64,000 bases of DNA from Eledone cirrhosa (Eukaryota): NCBI GenBank assembly GCA_964016885.1, contig OZ024761.1, positions 1,054,001-1,118,000 on the forward strand, given 5' to 3'. Numbering within the stretch: the stretch's first letter is position 1; each line of letters begins with the position of its first letter. This document shows positions 54,063 to 64,000 of the stretch, one piece after another. Under the pieces are notes generated by a model. That model saw nothing but the letters and a program-made list of their open reading frames with translations. It ran no database searches and was not told the origin of the DNA. Position numbers and translations under genes: made by a program.

Positions 54063-54861
54063 TCAGTCTGTATCTTTTGGTAAGGCACTATCATGAACAA
54101 ACAATTAAATTGACCCCCAATATTTGACTGGTATTTGAAGTATCCCCATCCAACTCCAAGTGGAAGGTGTGAAAAACAACAATGATTTCAGCAATGTAAG
54201 AACCTCTGTTAAGTTATGTTCCGAACACAAGTTTAATAAAGAGAAAATTAGTTATATCTCTAAATCCCTCAAAATTCTTGATTATTTTGAAAATTATTTG
54301 AAACCATCACCAGTGTTTTTTGTTAGAAATATGGTAACAAACTGATTAAAGTGTTTATAATTATATAGTACACTTTGTTAAGTTATGTTCCAAACACCAA
54401 TTTAATAACAATAATTGTTTCTACTTTAGGCAGAAGGCCAGCAATTACCCAGTGCATTACTGGTACTTTATTTTATCGACCCCGTAAGGATGAAAGGCAA
54501 AGTTAACCTCGGCGGGATTTGAACTCAGTCCGTAAAGAGACGTCACTATGCTGCAAAGCATGGCGTCCGACTCTCTACCGATACTGCCAATTCACCTGAA
54601 AGAGTTTCACTTTAAACAACTGACTTCAACTAATGAAGGTTGATACAATGATACAACAGCTAGTTCATGCATATCATAAACTTTTCTCAGGTGAAAAAGA
54701 AGGAGAAAGATGGGGGGGGGGAGAAGGTAAGGAAGGAGAGGAGAGACGTGGAGAGCGAAAGAAAGGTGTAAGCTGCCAAGTCTTTAAGAAGGAAATAAAT
54801 AAAATCCAAAATCAAATCAAATTAAGATGTTAAAAGCTATTAAAAGGTATTTCTTTCTTAC

Positions 54862-54900
54862 CGATTCCTGCAAATTTGTCATGAAAGCTGAGTCTGACAT
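54862..54900 (-). CDS. USH1C: Harmonin-like gene, putative first coding exon (MSDSAFMTNLQES)
   Basis: aaaaATG context, 13 codons, phase-0 GTAAGA donor that fits the next exon. Similar in length to vertebrate exon 1 (MDRKVAREFRHK), but sequence similarity is weak. Confidence 0.55.
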
Positions 54901-55679
54901 TTTTATGGGTTTTTAATTCAGGGGAAAAACGAAAGTGTTTTGTTAAAGATCTTCAAACAGGTACATATTATGTCAGGTAATGACACCAGTGTTGTACACT
55001 CATATGTGAGTGCTAAAATGAATTTAATATTTTCTTACGTAAATAGCTAGTGGGTGAAGGTGAAAGAGACAGCAATGGAGAAAGATAGGAAGAGATAGAT
55101 AAGTAGGGTAAGCTAAAATGTTGTATCTATATGTGTAATAGCAAAAGGGAGGGGGAGAGAAAGAAAGAGAGAGAGAGACAATGGGAGATACAAAAAGGAG
55201 GAGTGACAAAGAGAGGGGGAGAGAGAGAGAGAGAGATAAGGCATGTAGCTAAGATTTTAATATTTGAATGTGTAACAGCTCGAGAGGGGGAGTGAGGACA
55301 GGAAGGATATATTATATATGTATGTGTGTGTATATATATATATGTATATATATATATATGTATATATATATGTATATATATATGTATAGATATATATATA
55401 CATTGATTTCTACAGCTGGATACCCTTCCTAACACCAACCTCATTTACAGTGAGTGCTGGGTGCTTTTTTTTTCCGTGGCACCTCCACGACCACTTTGCA
55501 GTGGAATGATAGGGACCCCAGTCCCTATCATCTCATTTCTACAGCTGAGTAAACTGGAGCAATGTGAAATAAAGTGTCTTGCTCAAGGAAACAACACATC
55601 ACCCGGTCTGAGAATTGAACTCACAACCTTTCGATTGCAAGGCCAATGCTCTAATCACTAAGCCATGTGCCTCCATGTG

Positions 55680-55748
<69 letters not shown>

Positions 55749-56979
55749 TATATATGTGTATACACACACACACACACACATATATATACACATGCATGTA
55801 TATGTATGTGTGTATGTATGTGTGTATGTGAGTGTGTGTGTGTATATGTATACATGTGTATGTGTGACAGTGTGGGTATATATGTATCATCATTTAATAT
55901 CTGATTGATGATGATGATCCATGTAGGAGAACTCCTACCGATGCGCTGAACAAGGGTGTCTTTTTAGTCCAGCCAGCGACTTGAAAACTCTGGTACAAAC
56001 ACTACACTTGTGACAATTATTGACACATAGTGCTGGGCCCATGGTACCATGTGACGACAAGGGCAGAGAGATCTCCAGATATAAAGCAATGCCTGTGCCG
56101 TGAAGCTTTTATAGTGAGCAAAGGCACTGCACAAAGCCAGTCCCGCTCTCTTAACAAAGATGATATTTACCAAAAAGAAGAACAAGTCAACATCATTGGA
56201 TACCATCAGAGTTGCAGGTGTTATATGAGAACTTTCCTTCTCCTAGAATTCTGCCTTGACAAAGGCTAAGGGGTCATCTCTCCCGGTGATTTTGGATATC
56301 CATTGACTCTTAAGAGCTCCTTTGCCGTTTGACAGGTTTTGTTTTTAGTCCTGCAGGATGTCCAAAGTCACCCTCCTCACCAAGAAACCTTGGTGGGGTT
56401 GCCAGTTTAGTCGCCAACGACCCGACCATGAGACAGGTTGTACTGGGATTCATGTTACCAGTAGCACCAACTGGTGACCTGACATACATACATACATACA
56501 CATCATCATCATTCATTTTCATCATTTCATTTTACGTCCGCTTTTTCCCTGCTTGCAAGGGTGGGACGGGAACTGATTCTGGCTTGATTTCTACAGCTGG
56601 ATGCACCACAGAAAAAAAAAGCACCCAGCACTCACTGTAAATAAGGTTGGTGTTAGGAAGGGCATCCAGCTGTAGAAATCAAGCCAGAATCAGTTCCCAT
56701 CCCACCCTTGCAAGCAAGGAAAAGCGGACATAAAATTATGATGATGATGACGATGATATATATATATGAGAGAGGGTGTGGTAAGATACCAGGTAGACCA
56801 ACCCACCAAAGTACTTGATATTTGGGGTAGTAGAGTGGGTAATATGAAAATATTTAGGACCCCGTTTCGACAGCTAGATCCAAACTAAGCCACTGGTGGC
56901 TTAGTTTGGATCTAGCTATCGAAACAGCTGGAGCTCAGCCATTGGGTTCTTGAATCTTTTCATATATATATATATATAT

Positions 56980-57199
56980 CAACAGGCGATCGACTTTCGT
57001 CAAATCAGACCGAGGAAACAGTGTTTCCATTGGTCTTTCCAATTGCTAATATTCTCTATCGGTCACAACTCCAGGTAGAAGGAGTAGCATAAAATAAAGT
57101 GTCTTGCTCAAGGACATAATGCATCACCCGGTCCAGGAATTGAACTCACAATCTCACGATTGCGAATCCAATCTTCTTACCACTCAGCCACGTGCCTTC
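56980..57199 (-). mobile_element. SINE with a related tRNA head and a third body (copies at 40895-41088 - and 60940-61140 -)
   Basis: A/B boxes plus shared ctacctggagttg..ggaaacattgtttcc body. Confidence 0.8.
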
Positions 57200-57234
57200 A
57201 TATATATATATATGTGTGTATATATATATATATG

Positions 57235-58020
57235 CAAAGTTCAGTAAGACCAAGGCTAAATATTATTGTTGTTTATTTACAAATCTACAAACGTTTCAAT
57301 ACAGCCAGAATTATTCACCAATAGTAAAGAAAAACCGAAAATTTTCAGTTTATTAACTCCATAGGTGCTTTGGTGAAGGTGCATGGCAATCGAAAGGTTG
57401 TGAGTTCAATTCTCGGATCGGGTGATGTGTTGTTTCCTTGAGCAAGACACTTTATTTCACGTTGCTCCAGTTTACTCAGCTGTAGAAATGAGATGATAGG
57501 ATTGGGGTCCCTATCATTAAATCATCCAACGAGATATACCTTTGGAGGAGGCCAGTTAAACCTGCATAGGTATGAGCTGTCACACACACACACATAGGTG
57601 CTTTACTCCAAGCCATATCTCTGCAGGAAGAACAAAATCAATAAAAACGAAGGGTAGAAGAGGCATTGAGCTTAATTTATCTTACCAATGAAAATAGTGA
57701 ACTAACATAATATAACTTCATATATTAGATTCTGAGAGAGATATTATATGCTAGGTTTTTAAGGATAGATCTAGAGTGATTGGATTGTGAGTGTATGTAG
57801 TGTAAGTTTTGGTTAAGATTATGGTAAGGTTGGTAGATACCCGTAGATAAGTCTAATGTTATATCTAGGAAATTGACTATTTTACTGGTGTTTTCAAAAG
57901 TAATAGTGAGATTGTAATAGTCTTTGAGGAAAGTTCTAATAAGTTTTTTTATTTTTTTCAATTTCTGATAGGCTAAGATTAGTGGAAAAAAGAAGACAGT
58001 CATCACGATATAAACCACCT
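57235..58020 (-). mobile_element. Penelope-like RT fragment plus pLTR, interrupted by a SINE
   Basis: VNFLDITLDL...YIHSQSNH motif (ORF 57725-58018); split HHR at 57284-57631. Confidence 0.75.
57372..57592 (+). mobile_element. SINE with the same head but a different tail; 12-bp TSD cataggtgcttt (fragment also at 39100-39240)
   Basis: TSD at 57360-57371 and 57593-57604. Confidence 0.85.
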
Positions 58021-58152
58021 TTAAGGTGGGGAAAAGATGAATTATATATATATATATATATGTATGTAAAAGGTAAACAGAAATAACAACACAATTGGTA
58101 CAGTATACGGAAGGGATATATTAGGTTAACGTTTGATATAGCAGCAAGAGGG

Positions 58153-58188
58153 TCTTAACGTTTCGGACGATAGTCCTTCATCAGAAGA
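58153..58188 (-). ncRNA. Minimal hammerhead (decayed copy at 11060-11095 -)
   Basis: UCUU-CUGAUGA-a-GGAC uauc GUCC-GAAACGUU-AAGA; palindromic AACGUU in helix III. Confidence 0.85.
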
Positions 58189-58314
58189 AAGAATGAGAAA
58201 TAAGACAGATTGAGGGGACGGGCGGGTTGGAATTGGAAAAAATGTCTTTAGATGAAAATATCAGGTCCATTCATGTTGACATATATATAAATGTAAGTAT
58301 GTACACGTACACAC

Positions 58315-58361
<47 letters not shown>

Positions 58362-59489
58362 CATACATACACACATATATATACATATGTACATATGGGT
58401 TATATCGAACATTAATAATAAGGTTTGATTCATTTGTAAATATATATACTAACCCATGCTAGTGTGGAAAGTGGACGTTAAACGAGGATGATGATATATA
58501 TATTGAAAGTTAAATATTTTATTTTAAACATTTTCTAACCCAGAAAAAAGAGAAAAAATAAAGGAAAAAAAAATATTTTTCTTCCTAATAATCGTTTTTT
58601 TCTCCCTATTTACATATATATATATATATATATACATATCAAAAATGGAAGAATATAATCAACTCTCAAAATGTATAAGATACAGATGTATAAGATGTAA
58701 TTGCCAGTTAGAGAAAGAAGTGATTGCCAAATATTTATTTCATGCAAAACAAGTATTGAGAAAGAAACTAGGTCAGAGCTTACAGAATTAGTGATGCATT
58801 TAGGAAATAAGCAGAGTATATATATTAGAAATTAATTGGAGGAAAATCAACCAACTTTTATTAAAAACTGTTTATTCCTGTACAATTATTTTTGGCACAA
58901 TATATCACGTGAATCTTCACGTGAATATATCACGTGAATTAAAAAAAAAAAAAAAATTCAGCAATTTCATTTTGTCCATTGACCCTTACATTACTCTATA
59001 TTTACTACTGTATTTTCATGGTAAACACTTTATTTCACATAATTATTTCACATAATATTAAATCTATGAGATTTTGATATTTATTTTGAGAACAATTCCT
59101 TAACATTGGAATGCGCAGCTGGTTACAGTTGGTTTGAACAGAAAGAGGTAAGAGAATTCTGGCCAGATACAGCCGGTTTAAATGCTTAAGTGTTAAAAAC
59201 CCCAGCAAACTCACAAAGCTCCATGGCGTCTCCAGAATAAAAACATTTCAATAATAAATCATTCAAAATATAACTCACTTCAAGCTGTATATATCAACAC
59301 ACACATATATATGTGATGATATATATCTATATATGTGATGATATATATCTATATATGTGATGATATACCTATATATAAAGAGGTACAGTTGCATTGCATA
59401 TGCAGTCAGTCTAACCATGACGACCTGTCAAACTCATTCTAGTCTATATGAAATTAATCATATGTGCATGTATATGTATATTATGTCAA

Positions 59490-60150
59490 AGGCATGACAA
59501 CCTCTTCTTAAACACTTGATGAAATGTGAGACTGTACATTAACGCGCAAGTCCTTGGCCTGCCTTGGAGTTCAGTGACTCCAGTTGAGTACTGACTTAGT
59601 CTATATGGACACATCCAACCCTTGCTAGTAGGGAAAGCTGACATTAAAATGACAATGATGATGATGATGATGTATATATGTAAAGTGGTCGTGTATGTGA
59701 CAAGATAAAAAGCACCCAGTCCACACTGTAAAGTGGTTGTGTAGGAGTCATGGTAAAAAGGCTCCCAGTCCACACTGTATGGTGTTAGGAAGGGCACCCT
59801 GCCGTAGAAAATCTGCCAGAGACAGTTCTGTATGATCAAGACATGGTCTCCAGACCAATCTCACCTCAAGTGGGACAAAACCGTCCAACCCATGCTAGAG
59901 TGGAAGATGGACGTTAAATGATGATGATGTTGAGGATGATGATATATACATATATATATATCACGACAAAAAGCACCCACCACACACACTGTAAATGAGG
60001 TTGGCATTAGGAAGGGCATCCAGCTGTAGAGATCCAGCCAGAAAGATTTCTATATAAGCAAGACACGGTCACCTGACCCAACTTGCCTCAAATGGGACAA
60101 CTCGTCTAACCCATGCTAGCATGGAAAGTGGATGTTAAACAATGATGAGG
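59490..60150 (+). mobile_element. Cluster of short non-autonomous RTE-derived elements (also 12556-12770, 23585-23830, 51360-51520)
   Basis: Motif cacactgtaaagtggttggtgttaggaagggcatcc joined to aacccatgctag...gacgttaaa(tga)n tails. Confidence 0.7.
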
Positions 60151-61689
60151 ATTATATATATATATATATACACACATATACAAATATATAGTCCGTTTTT
60201 AGCCCTCTCCTGTTTATTATTGTCCTGCAGCTCTATAACAGAAGAGTTTAAGATTGGCTGCCCAGTCCTTATAACAATTTATGAAAGAATTAGAGAAGAA
60301 ATTCCAAACCTGGAAGCATTTGCCTAGTAGCAAAGGTCTTAAAGTTAACTTGTCAACGACTAAAGTTCTAGTAAGGAAAGCAGGGCCTTGTTCAGTGTGC
60401 TGGAAAGGAGTAAGTAGAAATGCATTCCTCTGTCCCAAATGCAAACTCTGGGTACACAAGAGATGTAGTAGGATCTCAGGTAGGCTAGCAAAGAACATAA
60501 GTTTTATCAGTATTTGTGGCTAATGCACAGGTGCAATAAGTAGAAAGAGCTCACAGGATACTAGCTCCTTCAAATGCCCACAGTGCTCTATAGAAGTAGT
60601 TGATAGTTTCTATTACTTAAGTGACCAAATTAGCAGTGGAGGTAGGTGTTTTGAAAGTACAGTAGCTAGAGTGAGAATGGGATGGAGAAAGTTCAGAGAG
60701 CTACTTCCACTGTTAGCTACAAAAGGATTTTATGGTATGTATATACGAACAGAAATGTTGCATGATAGTGTGGCCGAGGCGCAATGTTTCAACTTCAATA
60801 TTAGCACATAATACTAAAGCATTGTCAGGACATTGATTTGGGATTTGGATGATGTAAGTCCCAAAGAAAAACAAGAATTTATAGTCAATAAAGTAAAAAA
60901 ATTGAAGAAAAAAACCTCTGACTATCATTCTTGTATTTCTTTGGAACTCATCAAATTGGACCAAGGAAACAATGTTCCCATTGATTTTCTCATTGCTGAT
61001 ACTATCTACCAGTTAAAACTCCTCACAAGAAAGAGCAACGTCAAAAGAAGTGTCTTGCTCAAGGACATAACACATCGCCCGGTCTGGAATTGAGCTCACA
61101 ACCTCATGAGTGCAAATTCAATTCTCTAAACACTAAGCCATCAGAATCAGTAGAGAGTCGGACAACAAGCTAAATGGAGTAGAATCACGGCTCTTTACGT
61201 TCTGAGTTAAAATCCCACCAAGGTTAGCTTTGCCTTTCATCCTTATGGGGTCGATAAAATAAAGTACCAGTAATGCACTGGCGTCAATTTAATTGACTTT
61301 CCCCTCCCCTAAAATTGTTGGCCTTGTGCCTAAATCAAAAATAATTCTTATTCTTATTATCCTTCATAAGAAGTGTGTTGTTTGTTGTATCATATAGATC
61401 TGCCTTAGTGAATTACTAGGTCAACTGATATATATGTATATATATATACATATATACACAATCATATATATGTATGTGTATATATATATATATATATTTA
61501 TGTATGTATATATATATATATGTGTGTGTTTGTGTGTGTCTTTGTGTATAAGTCAGAAGTAACTCTATCGTTGTAGCAAATATGTATAAACCCATACATG
61601 TATATGGAGATTTATACACACATGTGCGCATATATATATCTATATAAATATATACATAAACACACTCAAATATATATATAACCCCCTCC

Positions 61690-61735
<46 letters not shown>

Positions 61736-61842
61736 ACATACATAAACATACACACTCATATATACACACACACCCACACATCATCATCATCATCATCATC
61801 ATTTTACGTCCGCTTTTCCCTGCTTGCAAGGGCCACATATAC

Positions 61843-61892
<50 letters not shown>

Positions 61893-62189
61893 TATGTGCC
61901 AGTCTGTCTGTGTGTCTAGTGGCTTATTGCTGTCAGAAAACATGAAAAGACATGACTGAAATATGGGGGACAAAAAAGCAATAAAAAAAAAATAGAAAAA
62001 TGTAAATGTAAAAACAACGAAAACAAACAAAAAAGCTAAACAGAAAGCAACAGGAGTAGAATTAATCGTATGGTATTGTGCTAACATGTTTGTGTGGTTA
62101 ACGAGTTTACTTAGTTACACCACATGACTTAGAATTCAATATACTACAGCGTGACACCCAGGGGCAAGTGTCTTCTACTAGAGCTTGTG

Positions 62190-63205
62190 CAGTGGTTCCC
62201 AAAGTGGCTTCCGCACAACCCAAGTATTCCGCAAAGAAGTGCCTGGAGTTCCACATAAGCCAAGGGTTCTGCATAACCCAAGGGTTTCAGCATGACTCAA
62301 GGGTTCTGCATAACCCAAGGGTTTCAGCATGACCCAAGGATTCCACATAACCCAAGGGTTTCAGCATGACTCAAGGATTCCACATAACCCAAGGGTTTCA
62401 GCATGACTCAAGGATTCCACATAACCCAAGGGTCCTCATAACCCAAGGATTCCATATAACCCAAGGGTTCCTCATAATTCAAGGGTTCCACATAACCCAA
62501 GGGTTTCAGCATGACCCAAGGTTCCACATAACCCAAGGTTCCACATAACCCAAGGGTTCCACATAACCGAAGGGTTCCACATAACCCAAGGGTTCCACAT
62601 AACCGAAGGGTTCCACATAACCCAAGGGTTCCACATAACCGAAGGGTTCCACATAACCCAAGGGTTTCAGCATGACCCAAGGATTCCACATAACCCAAGG
62701 GTTCCACATAACCCAAGGGTTCCACATAACCCAAGGGTTCCCCATAATCCAAGGTTCCACATGACCCAAGGGTTCCACATAACCCAAGGTTCCCCATAAT
62801 CCAAGGGTTCCCCATAACCCAAGGTTCCCCATAATCCAAGGGTTCCCCATAATCCAAGGGTTCCACATAACCCAAGGATTCCACATAACGCAAGGGTTCC
62901 ACATAATCCAAGGGTTCCCCATAACCCAAGGTTCCCCATAATTCAAGGGTTCCACATAACCCAAGGATTCCACATAACCCAAGGATTCCATATAATCCAA
63001 GGGTTCCTCATAACCCAAGGGTTCCACATAACCCATGGGTTCTGCATAACCCAAGCGTTCCGAAAAGGAGTGTCTGGGATTCCGTGTAAAAAATAAAAGG
63101 AGTATATTTATATTACAACTATATAACAGTATTAGACTTTGGGGTTCCCTCAAAAATTTCTGAACTAAAAAGGGTTCTGCGTTTGAAAACGTCTGGGAAA
63201 CCCTG
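62190..63205. mobile_element. hAT-type non-autonomous element with internal minisatellite, inserted in an old SINE
   Basis: CAGTGGTTCCCA ... TGGGAAACCCTG ends; degenerate 8-bp TSD agcttgtg/agctaggg. Confidence 0.75.
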
Positions 63206-64000
63206 AGCTAGGGCAATGCCTTGCTAGTGAGAATATGTTTGGTATAATATGCGTTACTTAATTAAACATATATAGAGAGATAGTGTGTGTAGTGTGTGTG
63301 TAGTATGTGTAAGTCAAGAATTGTGTGTGCGTATATGTTTGCAAAAAAGAGAGAGAGATAGGCAGAAAGGCGGCTTGTAGACGGTCAAAGGGAGATAATC
63401 TGTACACTGTCAATAAAAACTACGTTGGGAGAACGAAATCTAAAATTGCAGATTAAACTATATTTGAACGAGGAGAAAACATTTGTCCCCGTTTTAATTA
63501 AATGGATGTCTTTAGACAGAATTTCAATTTTTATTAGGTTTTGAATATATTCAAAAATAACATTACAAATTGCAATGACCAAAAGAATACGATCGCGTCT
63601 ACAAGCAGCCGAAATGGGGTTCCTCTGAAGGGTCTTTGGAGTAACTTTACTCAATCAAGTGCGTAGCTCGGAGATGAGAGAGTCACCCCAGGTAGAGCCC
63701 CTACTTCTCTGAATTGAGAGATCACAGCTTCGATACTATGGGTATACAGATTTTACGGAAAAAAACCAACAGGAAGGAGACCCGGGGTGTAATCGAGCAA
63801 GATGGTTGGATAACATCCATGTGCTTGGCTGGTCACGCTTGGAGATCCAGTCGGATCAATTGGAGACGCTTGCTTCTGACAGGACCCACTGAAAGAAGTG
63901 TTTGAGGACTCCCCACCCACCCCACCCCCCGATAAGCGGGGGGTGGGGGATAACCAGGGAGAAAAAGAAGCAATGTGAAATAAAGTTTCTTGTTCAAGGA

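Noticed and set aside
58905-58940. Triple CACGTG E-box about 4 kb upstream of the putative first coding exon
   Set aside because: Explained by a short local tandem duplication; no independent support.

Overview
Repeat-saturated, AT-rich animal genomic DNA. The (TA)n density and the SINE/RTE repertoire suggest an octopus or other coleoid cephalopod (inference). Seven short minus-strand exons (54900 down to 605) splice in frame into the N-terminal harmonin-homology domain and PDZ1 of a harmonin/USH1C-like gene; the ORF track never assembles it. Its introns contain one intact RTE-clade LINE (APE endonuclease, RT and an inserted PHD finger), decayed RTE, Tx1/L1-like and CRE fragments, tRNA-derived SINEs, piggyBac- and hAT-type MITEs and minisatellites. 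The most striking signal is about 20 hammerhead-ribozyme (HHR) motifs from roughly a dozen Penelope-like or retrozyme-like families, mostly inserted in (TA)n as fold-back dimers. In several the inversion point lies inside or next to the ribozyme. One family has an unusual hammerhead with a multibranched 55-65 nt domain between the core boxes. All structures were read by eye; no folding software or database search was run.
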